Assembly: GCF_964204645.1 (NCBI RefSeq)
Contig: NC_134029.1
Coordinates: 23,430,950 to 23,494,949, forward strand
DNA length: 64,000 nt
Reading direction: 5' to 3'
Source of the DNA: Tubulanus polymorphus
Lineage: Eukaryota; Animalia; Nemertea
Positions 1 through 13,693 of this stretch are shown here, in pieces. A program made the position numbers and the translations under genes. Under the pieces are notes generated by a model. The model was not told the origin of the DNA, ran no database searches, and saw only the letters and a program-made list of their open reading frames with translations. Position 1 is the stretch's first letter, and each line of letters opens with the position of its first letter.

Positions 1-220
1 GTCACCATCAGTATTCGAGACACTCGACCGCTGCACCCCTCTAGAGAAGACCCGCATTAAATAATCTCTGAATTTTAATTTTCCGATTAAAAATAATCAT
101 ACGCTTTGTCGAATGAAATGGACGCCGAATGTAAAGCCGTTCAGCGGTAAGTGTCTTTTCTATTGTCACGGTTTGGTCTGGTTTTGATATCCTCAAGAAA
201 AGAAATATCTCAAACATCAG

Positions 221-222
<2 letters not shown>

Positions 223-263
<41 letters not shown>
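223..263. repeat. (TA)n microsatellite
   Basis: Directly visible. Confidence 0.95.
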
Positions 264-264
<1 letters not shown>

Positions 265-1096
265 GAGTTATTAACGATTGAATCGAAAAGAAAATGAAAC
301 TCGGCGAGGAAAAACTCCGCGTCTTACATTTACGAGGTATGAATGTGGGTGGAAGTTTTAAATCGAACAATGACTCGGAATTTAGACCTTCAGACATCAA
401 AGTGAAGTATCTTGTAGAAAAACTTCCACTCGAGAAAGTAATCGCGCGCGCACGAAAATACTTTCTTGAATGGCATTAAACGAATTGGAATGAATTCAGC
501 GATTTTTCTTATCTTGAAATCATGGCTTACTCGAGTAGATGATAATTGCGCGTTGAAAGATACAATACTCAATTGAGTTAAGATGAAAAATATTCTCGGT
601 CATTTCTTTATTTCTTTTTTTTAAATTCAGGAGCCGTTAGTTCACGGTGTGAATAGACATTTCAGATATTGATTTGGATGCTGAGATAAGTTGAACGTTA
701 GGAGGAGTTTATAGATTGACGTTCGGTTTAGGGCTCGGATCAGATTAATAGCGAGGTGAATATCCTAGAATCGCGGAAACTAAATATCAAAGTTCACATT
801 CTAGATTTTTACCTGTCAGAACATTCTTCTATTTAGGTTATAAATAATGTGTGATATAGGATTGGCAATATAGGAATTTGGGCTCGCTGCAAACGCGAAA
901 GGCCGAACGCGCGAGAACTTTGCGGTTAATCTCGGCCGGGTTCTAATCGAGCGCTTTGTTCGATTTCGTTGACTTTTTTACATAAGACAAACAGTTGTTT
1001 TATATTCTATAAAACGTCGTTTGTTTGATACATGTTGTTGGAAGGTTTGTAATCGTCTGTGCACTTGTAGACATGTATAGGTTCTAGGTATTACAC

Positions 1097-1097
<1 letters not shown>

Positions 1098-1181
<84 letters not shown>
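1098..1181. repeat. (TA)n microsatellite
   Basis: Directly visible. Confidence 0.95.
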
Positions 1182-1184
<3 letters not shown>

Positions 1185-1599
1185 AACGTTTACAAAAAAA
1201 ATCACATTTTTCAAGCGCCGGTCTATTGAAATAAGTCTCGCAGCGCTGTGTAGACACGAATTCCATTCATAAAATTCATTCATAAATCGAGTCAAGCCTT
1301 CAGAGGTTTTCATTCACGTGAACGGCGTGCCTGCCTATACTGAGCTTGTGTATTCGCGGTGAATGGATTGATATGAATGATCTACAGTTTGAAAGAAAGT
1401 AGAAATGATGAGAAAAATGTCGCGAAGTCGTCTACAGCTTTACTGAACTAACAGAGCTCCTATCTCTCAGTATGCAATACAACTGAATGCAATATCGAAT
1501 AAAAAATCTTTTCGACGCCTGAGTAATGAATAATTCAATGCAAATGTTATTGAAATAAAGTGAAATACATTGAAGTATATGTCAAGAAGTATCACGAGC

Positions 1600-1850
1600 T
1601 GATTTGCGCAACCGATTGGTCTTAGGTCATTTAACTTAAAATTGTCTTAAATTTTGAGACTGGTCCTAAGTTGTTAGATTGGTTATAGAACTAAGATGGT
1701 CTTAAATCGGTCTTAAGTCTAAGCCATGACTATGCAACTGGGCCCAGGTCTTAGACTTGAGATCAGTCTTAGGACTATTCTACGTCTATAGCTGATCTAG
1801 ATTATGAAAAGACCACTTTTCGTCTCAAGTCTCGACTGGAACCAGCCCTG
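1600..1850. mobile_element. Interspersed repeat family E (gtcttaa/ttaagac-rich), plus an adjacent related fragment
   Basis: gtcttaaattttgagactggtcctaagttgttagattgg...gtcttaagtctaagccatgactatgcaactgggccc is similar to 51860-51996. Confidence 0.55.
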
Positions 1851-4800
1851 GAACTCCAAGGAAATCTGTAAATTATTCTGTTAGCCCTCATTGTCTGACC
1901 TGACTACAACTTCGATTTTAGCGAGTATTTTTCACCTTACCTAAGAGCCCTGTAAACTACTCCCAAAAGTATCAAAATAATCTTGGTAACGGCCTAATTT
2001 CTAATTCATGTTCAAATAAACTATCACGGCTCTATTTCTGATGTCGAATTACTGGCATTTTTTTGTGAAAACTACTACATTCTAGAGATAACAGGTATTA
2101 GTCTGTTCGCTTGCCAGTGCAAACTGAGACCGCAGACTGTTCCCAGTCTCGGAACGGTGACTGTTATTATTACGTGCCTGGCAGATTATGAACTTTATTC
2201 ATTTAGAGTTTATTGCGGAGATCAAGACTTGTTTGTTCCCCGTCGTTTTAATAGATTTCGTTTATCTATATCCATTGTAGTCGATACACTGCGTTCAACG
2301 AGACGGAAGATTTTACTTGATTATACGTTATTCACCGCCGAGGTTTTTGAGGTTTTTTCTCAATTGAAACCGGGCGCAGCGAATTTCCGGTTGAAACTTG
2401 ACGCCTATTGACCACTTGTCATAACCTTTTAGTATAAAACTCATCGCCTCATCGCCGCACGCATTTCAAAACAAAACGTTCTCAATGATGTGACTGACAG
2501 CTATTTTGTTGTAATAAGGTCACTTAGTTTGTTTTAGGGGAAGGTTCATACTTGGCCATTTATTCTATATGTAAAGTTTACAGCGTTGGCATTTTGCCTT
2601 GGCACCTTGTTTTCACCGCGTTGATGTTATTTGAATAAACTGATTGCAATTTGGCTCGGAAAAATCATATCTCTCCCTCATTCTACGAGTAGTGTTTAAA
2701 CGAAACAAATTTCACCTATGATTCCTTGATTCCGTTAAAACTCCTTATAAACTGGAAATGCTTATCGAACGTGCTCGAAACTCTTTTTAATTCGAACAAA
2801 GTGCCCGAAATTCCTTTCAGACTCCTAGAATCCTTCAATCAATCGGCAATTAGAAACTTTTGTACAGTAGACTACACCTAAATCGATACAGTTGGGACCT
2901 GGTTTTTTTTTTACCCTAAATTTGCCGAATTATGAAGTAGTGAAAAGGATAAGAATTTGCTTACAAAACCACCGAATTAATAGTTTACCAAGATGAACAG
3001 TACAGGAGGAGTCTACAGTTATCGGGATGTCAAAGTGATGTTACCTCAAAATTAGAAATTGTCTCTTCATAACCCCTTGTAAACCCCTTTTATCCAGTAA
3101 TGACTGATCTTGATTTACCTGTCGTTCAGTTGTGTATTGCGCAATCGAGCGTGTAATCAATATGAGATCTGTTGATGTTGTTTTCGTATTAATATCCACC
3201 GATCCTCGGCTTAATCATCTGTTTAATCCCGAATCGAATCTATGTCAAGTGAAAGTTTCTGACCACAAAGTTCGTCTAACGTTGTTTTCATTTGTGGTTA
3301 CAAGGAACCGAATGAACTGATGCAATGCCGACTGCCCGTGTGTCACCTGAGATTAAAAACTTGTCAGGGCACGTCCCGCGTTGATTCATAACTCTATATT
3401 TGTCACACGCGTTTGTCATCTGGTCTCGTAGCATCGGTGGATAATGATAACAACGCCCTTTACTAACTTCATCTATTACTAATTATTGCTGAATCTCAAC
3501 GACGTGTTCTAACATGAATTTATCACCGATTTCTTTGTCATCAATTACATAATAGAATGAAGCTATTCATTCGCTGCTATCTTCTCTATTGTGAACGAGG
3601 ATATTATTATTTGCGTCTAAAGAGTTCAATGATATCGTTGTTTTTTTGTCGTGTGTTCTCTACTGAACTCGACGGATGCAGTTTTATGTTTCGTCGTTGA
3701 TGATCGGAGAATCAATGTTTATTTGAATCGATACCGATGCGTATGATTTATTCTCATCAGCTGTTTCTTTTCCGTTCGGTATTGAGTTCATTGTTCTATC
3801 GATTTCTAGCTTCGGAATGTAGTTCAGTGTCTCCTCTCTCCTTCACTCTCTCTCTCTTTCTCTGCGTTGATTATTTGAAGCATTCTTTAGTACACCACAC
3901 TGCTCCTGGTAATAAAATACTTTCTCTCTCTGTATTTGAAAGGCGTCACTTTATATAGCCGGCACGCGTATTTCATTAAGATCCCGTGAAGGTTATTGTC
4001 CCCAATTTTCAATAGTTTGTATAGAGTTGTTTTGTGCGTGAAGTGCTGAGCCACGCGTGTTCAGCAGTAGAATGCTGGAATGCTGAGAGAGTCTTCAGTC
4101 CTCTGTGGCATTATCAACAATAAATTAGCAATTGCGAAATCATTCTCATGTTGAGCCTTGTGCTCGTGTGCGCGGGCCCCCGATGAGTTTCTGATTTGAC
4201 ATTTCGCAAGAAATAATCCAGGGCCCTGTATGGTTGAACTTAATTACTTCAAATTTCAGCTGAGCTTCCGTGAAAACAAATTCGTTGATTATTTTTTTGA
4301 TAACGTAAATATTTGATGGCAGACGACACGTGGTCAGTTTGATTTCGGTAATTCCTCTGAACTCTGCTCTATACATGAAAGTAGAGGAGTGTCCTTGAAA
4401 GAATCGGGTTCCTTTATTTCTATCGATATCTGGTGAAATATCGCGGTGTCTTTTATAATATCGTGTTTTAATGTCAGTCTTCGATGTAAAGAGTGGCGTA
4501 TATAATGAAGGTTTAGGTGCCACTGGCCCAGATATTACCAGTAATAACAACGACGCGTCTATGAAATAACTTTATCATGTCTGGGTATAGCTTTCAACCG
4601 GTGTAAAGTGTGTTCATAATTGCTTGTGTTTAGACGCTCTTGACATCACTTATTTCAGAGAAATTTGCTGAAATTCACAAACGCGCGGTCCCTCGCGGAC
4701 CATTCGGCATTTAACCTAGACAGGAATTTTTTCCCGACATTGAAGAGGCTCTAGAATCAAGGCCACCGTTTTTTCAACCTTAGAAAATTTTCCCGGTTTT

Positions 4801-4926
4801 TAAAGATTTTTCGCTCGAAGTCGTCTGTACTTCTTACTCTGATTACATAAACTTGAAAAACCGTATTTGACATATATTTCGCAGGAAATTGATATGATAC
4901 GCAACAATGGGGAAATTTATGAGATA

Positions 4927-5150
4927 AAAGCGGCGATTGCACGGAGACGATTAAGCCGAAGCCAAATTGGCCCGGATCAGGCCCTAGTTAAATTTGGCCC
5001 GGGCCTAATTAGAGAGCGCCCTCACAATGCTTTAACAAAGCGAAGTTGCAATTCACGGGGGGGGGGGGGGCAATGAATTGCCTCGCTCTTAAATTTGGCT
5101 CGCGCTTGGTCTGACATTGTTGTTGTTCGGGCCGAATGTGAACACTCTTA
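4927..5150. mobile_element. Diverged, internally deleted copy of MITE family B
   Basis: Shares aaatttggcccg.gcctaattagagagcg, acaatgct..aacaaagcgaagt and aaatttggctcg with 13694-13980. Confidence 0.65.
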
Positions 5151-5253
5151 GTATCTCGTAGATTTACATCTAACTCATACCATATTCACTTGACGGTGAA
5201 TGTTCTAGGATCCCCTCTCACCACAGTTTCAACATTTCTGTCTATATTTTCAG

Positions 5254-5383
5254 GATGTGAAAGAAGAGAAATTGAATCGCAGGGAACAAAGATTCCAGGC
5301 GTTCGCCTCCACTGAGTATGACGGTAATATTTACATGACTCCGCAAGATTTCTTGGAAAGCGTAACAGAAGGAAAACCTAGAC
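5254..5383 (+). CDS. MICU3: MICU3-like mitochondrial calcium uptake protein, first coding exon visible in the window (DVKEEKLNRREQRFQAFASTEYDGNIYMTPQDFLESVTEGKPR)
   Basis: Acceptor tttttcag and donor gtaagc, phase 0 to 1. The translation carries the MICU family motif RF..FAS.E..G..YMTP.DFL. Confidence 0.93.
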
Positions 5384-6136
5384 GTAAGCAGTTGTTTTTT
5401 TTTGTTGTTGTTTTAGAATAAAACGTCACCTCCTTTCACTGTGCGATTTAGGGTACGATCAAATTCAGAGAATGTCAACTATGCCCCTGAGAGTAGCTAC
5501 TATTATTAATAACCATTTTACTACGGTTTCATATGAATCCAGGTTCCGTATTCGCCGTCATATTTCATAAACCACCGGGAACACGACGAAATGACATTTC
5601 TGATTCTGGCTGTAAGCGGAGCATTACTCTGACGGGTTCTTCAACGTGTAACGATTGATTTTATTTTTGTTTTGCCCCGGGAGCCGCTGCCGCTGCAGTC
5701 ATGAGTAACGGAAATTATCCAGGCCAGTTTAATAATAATGATAATAGTGATAAAACAATGCGGCTGATGACGTATCGTACGCGACCCTCGATTTATCGCT
5801 TAAAGACATCGTTTCATCATCCGCGCAAAATAAAAAGACCAACACGAGCTTAGCATTAAGACTACTCTACTGCCTGTAGTGACATCACTACCCAGCAAGA
5901 GAGAGAGAGAGACAGACATGTAAACATAAGCCTTCAATGACCTTCACCTTTCACGATGATGATGATAAGTGAGAGAGCTTTGTACGGGACGTCTCACCTG
6001 AATTCATGGACCATGACAACTAGAAAACAACCAGCAGCACTCTCTCTACGACACAGCACTCATGTGTAATCCTCAGTATCTGTGATTACATTTAATCCAA
6101 AGATTGCCTTCTGCTGAATATCGGCGGGTTCTTCAA

Positions 6137-6249
6137 ACAGCAGCACCAGCAACAGCAGCAGGAGCAGCAACAGCAGCAACAGCAGCAGCAGCAGCAGCAG
6201 CACCAGCACCAGCACCAGCAACAGCAGCAGGAGCAGCAACAGCAGCAGC
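6137..6249. repeat. Intronic compound (CAG/CAA/CAC)n trinucleotide repeat
   Basis: Directly visible; gives rise to the spurious Ala-rich ORF 6104..6301. Confidence 0.9.
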
Positions 6250-6610
6250 TGTGCTCAGAGCTGTGTTAGAGGCTAGGCAAGGGCTACTACAAGGGCTGTA
6301 GTGGCTCAAAAAATGGTTTAAGATATCAGATGATGAGGCGGATCAATACTTTCAATAACAATGAGATTCGATCGTTACTATCGATGTCAACTATCCACTG
6401 GTTAACTATTTAACCAACTTTTGACCAACTGACCCGGTGATCGTTTTCGAAATGGACACTGGTGCGTTTTAAAGATGGTTTAGTTTTAGGATACAGGTGA
6501 TAGATTGTGCGTGCGTGCGTGCGCTCTCCGTGACGTCGATGTCGTCGTCGTCGTCGAGTCTCCGCTCATTCCAGGGTCGTCATCCAACATAAATCCCTGG
6601 CCAAACACGC

Positions 6611-6624
6611 GTTACTATGGCAAC
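6611..6624. promoter_or_regulatory. Candidate RFX X-box motif
   Basis: GTTACTATGGCAAC fits the near-palindromic X-box consensus GTTNCYATGGNAAC and sits in a CpG-richer intronic stretch. Confidence 0.4.
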
Positions 6625-7348
6625 CACATAACGATATATTTACGTGAGTGATTGTCGGTGAACGTTTCTCGGACATTAAATTTGATGGTAAATCAGGTAA
6701 CGGGTCCGAACGACGACGGGGAATCATACGAGCAGCCGGTGACTGTTTTATACGAGTCAGCGCGCACAACCCACTTCTATTTGACTGCATGCGTTGCGGG
6801 TTTGGTCGAACCGTGTTTCTTGTTTCACCGCGTGTAATTAAACATTGAAACGCATACTAAACAAAAGGTTTATTTCTCATTTTAATGTTTTTCAGTCAAA
6901 TGTCAAACTGTCTAAGTCATCGAAAATGAGACGATCATCGTTGATGACTTATCCAAATGATGACTTCACACTTAGTTACACTTTACACTTACAATCGCTT
7001 GTTGCGTTCGTCAAAAGCGTTATCATAGATTTATGTATGATTTCTGAGAACTGGTCAATGAATCTCGATCAGCTCTCCGGAGACTCGTGTCATGTTTACA
7101 GTGTCATTACCGATTAATGTCGCGAAATTATGAACCGCTCATGAGCGGCTGGTGGCTGGTCGTGTTGAGTAGCCTTGTAAGAAATTGCTTTTCCATCTAA
7201 ACGTTAGTCACAGTTGAGGGGAGGGGGGCAATTTGATCTCGAAGTTAACCGCATCCAAAAGTGTTGATAATTCCGACAACAACTCTCATCTCGATGATAC
7301 TTTCATCGATACCTCAGATTTACATCTAGATGTCACCGCAAGTAATGG

Positions 7349-7962
7349 TACTGTCCGATACATCTGATACTGTCCGATACTAGTGATACTGTCTGATACA
7401 AGTGATAACTGTCCGATACAAGTGTTACTGTCCGATACAAGTGTTACTGTCCGATACAGGTGATACTGTCCGATACAAGTGTTACTGTCCGATACAAGTG
7501 TTACTGTCCGATACAGGTGATACTGTCTGATACAAGTGTTACTGTCCGATACAAGTGATAACTGTCTGATACTAGTGATACTGTCCGATACAAGTGTTAC
7601 TGTCCGATACAAGTGTTACTGTCCGATACTAGTGATACTGTCCGATACATCTGATACTGTCCGATATAGGTGATACTGTCCGATATAGGTGATACTGTTC
7701 GATACAAGTGTTACTGTCCGATACAAGTGTTACTGTCCGATACAAGTGATAACTGTCTGATACTAGTGATACTGTCCGATACATCTGATACTGTCCGATA
7801 TAGGTGATACTGTCCGATACAAGTGTTACTGTCCGATACAGGTGATACTGTCTGATACAAGTGTTACTGTCCGATACAAGTGATAACTGTCTGATACTAG
7901 TGATACTGTCCGATACAAGTGTTACTGTCCGATAAAACTGTCTGATACAGATACTGTCTGAT
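7349..7962. repeat. Minisatellite with a 20-21 bp unit, (A)GTG(A/T)TACTGTC(C/T)GATAC
   Basis: About 30 tandem variant units. It explains the repetitive ORFs 7286..7612 and 7629..8027. Confidence 0.95.
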
Positions 7963-8030
7963 GCAATGCTGAAGATAAGTTCAGAATTCGGTTGAAAAAG
8001 GGGCCAATTAATGACTGAAACTAACAAAAG

Positions 8031-8153
8031 TATTTCAGTACCCCTGAAAATGACTATTAGGACTATTAAATGCGAAACGTTGAATTAAATATTAGCTAAT
8101 AAAAACGTTGTAAACTCTTTTTCCTTTCCTATTGTGTCATTTTTATTATCATT
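8031..8153 (+). mobile_element. Degenerate second copy of the hammerhead-bearing repeat
   Basis: Shares CCTGAA.ATGACTATTAGGA...CGAAACGTTGAA and downstream TTTTTATTATCATT with 15697-15781. The core G8 is changed to A and stem II is disrupted. Confidence 0.55.
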
Positions 8154-8860
8154 TCAACACAGACATAGTGTTTGATGAAATGCTGAAATGTTCATCCACT
8201 ATTGAGAATTGTAAAAGTGTTGAGAGCTGTACTTCTTTTTAATCCGATGTTTACTAGCATGTAATCATCGCATTAGTGTTCAGTTTTCAATAACATAAAA
8301 AAAAACCTCGAGCTCTTCGTATTTTCAAAAGGGAAACCTCTACAATATACACACACGAGTAACTGATACACGCGCGGCCACCCACCACACTTCTTTGATC
8401 CTTAACCACAAAATGCTACTTAACCGTCAACTGGCTGTTTGCCATCAGGCATTAGGGTTCAAGGAGCCGTAATTTCTATCGTTTATGTCAGATTTTTTCT
8501 CGGATTTGTTGTTTATCGACGTTCGTTAAGTAGAAAATAACAACACTGTTAATATTTACCATTTCTACGGTTATTGTGATTTACACATGCACGTTAATGT
8601 ATAATCTGTTTTAAGACCCTCTCTCCTCTCCTCTCTCTCTCTTTCTCTCTCTCTCTCTTTCTCTCTCTCTTACTCTCTGTCTCCTCTGGAATATATCGTA
8701 TCTTTTATGAACTATTCTTGAACTTCGACGGTATAGAAAATGGGAAATTTATGTGATAGAAAGGGTTCCTAGTTTATTATCTGTCTGTTCTGAGATTTCT
8801 ATTAAATCCCATCATCAAAAACAGAAACAGAAAAAAATAAACATATCCGAAATATTTGGT

Positions 8861-8963
8861 CCAGTTCCACAGTTCTGAGTTAAGATCCGACATTAGAGTT
8901 AACTCATTGAAAATGAACTAACTTTAACTCAGAGTTAAGTCTAACTCACAACTGTGGAACTGG
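8861..8963. mobile_element. Short palindromic MITE-like repeat, family A
   Basis: Terminal inverted repeats CCAGTTCCACAGTT...AACTGTGGAACTGG. Near-identical copies at 11371-11484 and from 25285. Confidence 0.8.
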
Positions 8964-9167
8964 GCGATGTTGTTTCTCCACAATGTTTTAATATTGATTT
9001 GTTTCCTAAGGTTTTTGGTCTCCTTGCGAGAGCTTCTTCAGTGAATGGGCTAATATAGTTAATGAAATCAGTTAAATACAAAAAAATTATGACTGTTAAA
9101 CTGATATAAACCTCAGTATTCTGAGTTCATATCATTATCATATAGTTTACCATTAAAGAAGGCGATA

Positions 9168-9214
9168 CCGGTCTATGTACAGCCGGTCTATGTACAGCCG
9201 GTCTATGTACAGCC
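9168..9214. repeat. 15-bp tandem repeat CCGGTCTATGTACAG, three copies
   Basis: Three direct copies visible in the sequence. Confidence 0.9.
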
Positions 9215-9406
9215 TCTTAGTTTAGATATTAAAGTGTGCTTTGTGATTTAGTACTAAAAGTTAATTAACGAAGTTGGAGTTTAGATAAACTCTGAAACTG
9301 CCTCATTGAAATTAATCATTAAGTCATTGTGTGGTTTTGCTAACCATCAAAAAATTATTTTTCAACATGAAAACCTTATTTTTCTCTTATTTTTGCTGAT
9401 TTGCAG

Positions 9407-9517
9407 CGCGAAGACGACGTAATGTTATTAGCCACGGTGAGAAAGAGTCTCTACTCAAACATACACCAGCTCGTCACAAAGGATCGAATAACTTGTTTCG
9501 ATCTCTTCATGAGAAAG
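9407..9517 (+). CDS. MICU3: MICU3-like exon (PRRRRNVISHGEKESLLKHTPARHKGSNNLFRSLHEKG)
   Basis: Acceptor ttgcag and donor gtaaga, phase 1 to 1, in frame with both neighbours. Contains the TP...KGS..LFR.L.EKG motif of MICU2/3. Confidence 0.92.
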
Positions 9518-11370
9518 GTAAGATTCACGCAATAATAGATAAAGAACCCATTTTCGATCGGTTTTTCTGCTTTTAAACGACAGTGTGGCCACTGACCTGG
9601 AGAACTCAGGGAGTCAGAAAAAACTCGGAATTCGGATAATGCTATTGACCACAATTCAATGAAAAATGAATGAATTGTAACATTTTGAACATAGAAATTT
9701 GTCTGAAGACTGATTCACTCAGAGAATTGTGTGTAATCACATCCCCCTTTGTTTCTAAATAAGTCCCTATTCCTATTTCCTATTCTAACCTATGATGCTA
9801 TTTGGGCTGGTATAAGGAAAAAAAAGTTGAAATGCATTCGACAGAAAATAGCGGAAAATATCAATATAGAGTCAAAGTCAGTTAAGACGTCATCAGATAT
9901 ACCATGTATAGTAACAATACCTAATTTGGGTGGACACTATTTTCATTCCAATTCGATGTACTAAGTGCAAATCATCATTTGAATCGGTCATCAATGAAAA
10001 GATCTGTCCCGACTATGATGGGTTTGACTATAATTGGTTCCATTTTTGTGGTTCAGCGTAAGGTCTAAAAATAATGACTTACTTACCTATTGGTATAGAT
10101 TAGAAAACATCTAAGGTGTTTCAGGTGTTTGTAGATGAGATGTTTTTGTGGTTTTTTTATTGTCCGTCGTCTCTAACGGATGAAGCGTTACAATGTGTGG
10201 TTTTTCGATGTTAATCCGACTACTGAACTCTAGGTTCTAAATTCTACTCATTGCTGGTCGTTTAATTAAATAAAGACTTGTTAAGCGTGTAATGCTAGAC
10301 GCCTACACGCTCAGTTAGGGGTACCCGAGAATGTTACATCATTTCCGAATGTCAAACGCCTTCGGAGCGTTTGATGTCGCTCGCGCGCGTGGGGACTTTA
10401 TTTGTCTTTTTCGTCGAGGCCTGCAAATAGTGCTACCTCTCGGATGGTGACGTCGTGGCTTTTCATGCGAGGTGTTAAATCGTTTTGTCTCGAATGAAAT
10501 CGAAGCTGTTGTTTGTATCGAGCTTCAAAGCCGCGAGCCGCCCTCCCAGTCAAAGATTTATCGGTAATTATCATTAGCAGGCGTTTTGTGCGAAAACAAA
10601 TTTCATGAATGAACAGTTTATATAACAGATTTAACTCTCGTATTGTCGATTGACAATACACGCCACTCGAGACAGTTTAAACACTCGGGTCTTGTCGCCA
10701 TCTCGAGGTTTAGTTAATAGCGAACAGTTTAAACTCACTGGTCAGTTCTCTTTGATGTTGACCGAGGAAACAAACGAATGATTAGAGCCATCTGTTTGTA
10801 GCCGTTTCGATTAGCTGTTTACTTCATTTGTGAAATTTTCAGCCTTTGTTCGTCGTCGGTGAATTTGCGTATGAATAAAGCTTATTAAACAACGCGAACT
10901 CGTGTTCATTGGAGGCGGTTTTATAACTGATTTCGATATAAAATCGATTTGAAGTTTAACGACAACTAATTGACTGAGAATAAATCGAAGAAGTATCGTA
11001 ACATTTATCACTGATGCGGTTAGTCTTATCGCGGTTATTGATAATTGGTTTGAAATGAAGAGACCCGCGCATTTAATCGATTATTGCTAAAAATGTGTGA
11101 AACCGTTCCAATTTCAATTACATCGCTTCTTCTTCCGTTCTTCTCAAATATAAGCTTCGTACAAAAAAATCTTTATTCGCGCACGGATTTCATCAGTAAG
11201 AATCCTGTTTTGTGGGGGCATTACACCGGATGGTGTTCGTCTTTTCAACCGCTTGTTTTTCTAGTTCATTTCCTACCAAAACGTGAAAGGAAATTGTGAT
11301 CAATGTCAATGTGTGTGTATAATGTGATTAGTTTTACTGACATCATCTTATTTCTATGAAATAAAGACTT

Positions 11371-11484
11371 CTGGGTCCAGTTCCACAGTTCTGAGTTAAG
11401 ATTTGATCCTGGGTTAACTCATTCAAAATGAACTAATTTTAACTCAGAGTTAACTCTAACTCACAACTGTGGAACTGGGTCCTG
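11371..11484. mobile_element. MITE-like repeat, family A
   Basis: Terminal inverted repeats CCAGTTCCACAGTT/AACTGTGGAACTGG and the same internal sequence as 8861-8963. Confidence 0.8.
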
Positions 11485-11958
11485 AGCTTTATTCCAACAT
11501 TAAACATTGTTGAAGAAATTTTCAAGTTTCCAATGAAAATAATGTGAGTTGGGGGAGTTCATAAAGTTTATGATTTAAGATGATTGTCAACCTGCTGCCT
11601 TCAGTTTTCTTCCGGAAGCCGCCGCTGGCTACGAATTTATATGAGCAATTCCTTTCCTTCTCTTTTGGACTTTAAATCTTTTCAAGATCTACTAATGTCT
11701 TGGTCTAGAATGTTGGTAAAAATGCCCCGGGAAATAATGTCCCGGAAAATGTGTCCCAAAATGTGTCAAAAAAGAGCTTAAATTAGAGCTTATTAACAGT
11801 TTATTTTCATTCACTGAGGCGACAGTGAAGAAATCGGAATTTCGAAAAACTTTTTGACTAATTTTTGCTTCGAAAAAATTATCCATTGATTACGGCATTA
11901 TTCGCGGGAATTATGACATCATCATCGACGAGGAGGCTGGAGTCTGGAATCTGTTAAT

Positions 11959-12241
<283 letters not shown>

Positions 12242-13509
12242 ATATTCAGTTACTTGAGTGTTATTAGTCATTTTATCTGTAAGGTTATTAATATTAACTC
12301 GTGTTGGCAGAAGATGAGCAACAATGAATCCAGCATTGAATCTATTCATCATCACTCACTCACTCATCTTTAATACGAGATATATTTATCGAATTGGGGA
12401 TTCATATAGATATACACGACGGCCCACGCAACGTGTGGCTGCATCGTCGGATAACGTCATCGCTATATCAAAAAACTGAGCCATTATTTTCGACGAAATC
12501 ATTTTGAATTAAGAAATGAAATCGTCGATTATTGATGAAATTGAATGAGGTATGAAGACAGTTTATGAGCAGTAACAGTTCAGCGTGGAGTGTTTGAAAA
12601 CATTGGACGTACTTCATACTGCTGATGATGTGTGGTCTTTCTATGATAAATGATTGGTGTTCGGGGAGTTTTAATTTGCTGGTAAAAACATGCTGATTAC
12701 CACTCAACTATTCCCAATAAGCATTGTTTTCTGCGAATTTCGTCCGTCAGTCTAATCAGACGTTTTGGCAAACAATTTTTCCATGTGTCTGTTGAGTGTT
12801 TGACATCGGGGACCTGCGGCTTTTCAACTCATCTTCGCTAAGAGTCTATAGTTTTTTTAAGCAATCCTTCGGGTGCCATGTTGTGTTAAATACATTTTAT
12901 TAAGATGTTTTTCGGATGCACGGCGTTCATTAGCTCAATGTGAAGAACTAACCTTCTCCATGTGTCGGAATTTTAAAAGTTCATTGTTGAGCGTATGACA
13001 TCGTGGCTGCTGAAGTAGCGAGGCTTTCCATCCCCCAAAAAATAATGAAAATTAAGCTAAATTTTAGTATACTCTTCTATTTTTCACATTAGCGCGATAT
13101 AATGTCTTAGCAATTATCAGCGTTGATAAAATATTGACATCAACTCTGACAACCATTGATGAAACATGTGAAAGATGTGTTAGTTTGTGACACCCTAAGA
13201 ATGAAATGTTTGTAAAGTCTGAAATGTTTCCTTGAGCTCGTAGTTCAATATTACGACCATATCCTTATATCAAAAATGATGAAAAATTATATGAAGTATT
13301 CAATATGTACAGTCCAGAACAAATAGACTAATCATACAGTAATCAGTGAAACAAACTAGGGCTGATATACAACATAAAAACAGTTACCAGCTAAACGTTT
13401 CAAACTTAACTTTTCATTAGAAGGATTATATGTTTTTTGGGTTAAACTTAGCTTTTTAAAAATTCTCACACACATGGAAATGTGAATCGAAATTGTTTTT
13501 TTTTTTTAG

Positions 13510-13557
13510 GTCTGATATCCTACACCGAATACCTGTTCCTCCTCTGTGTTTTAACCA
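13510..13557 (+). CDS. MICU3: MICU3-like exon (GLISYTEYLFLLCVLT)
   Basis: Poly-T then ag acceptor and gtaagt donor, 48 nt, phase 1 to 1. Highly conserved GxISYTEYLFLL motif. Confidence 0.95.
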
Positions 13558-13693
13558 GTAAGTATCTTTTATAAAACATTAATTGTTCTCATTTTTAAGT
13601 ATTTAATTTTTCTTATCATAAAAGCGTGTATCATTAGAAACTGTCGGTGTGAGGAGTTCATATTGAACCATGGACGTATATAATCTAGTTTAC

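Noticed and set aside
294-479. 61-aa ORF with protein-like composition
   Set aside because: No recognisable motif, no similarity to a MICU N-terminus and no suitable splice sites; at most a transposon remnant.
4146-4550. 134-aa minus-strand ORF
   Set aside because: Non-ATG start, no recognisable domain, and it lies antisense within a MICU3 intron.
7286-8027. Repetitive minus-strand ORFs (YRTVTLVSDS...)
   Set aside because: They are translations of a 20-21 bp minisatellite with frame-changing unit lengths.
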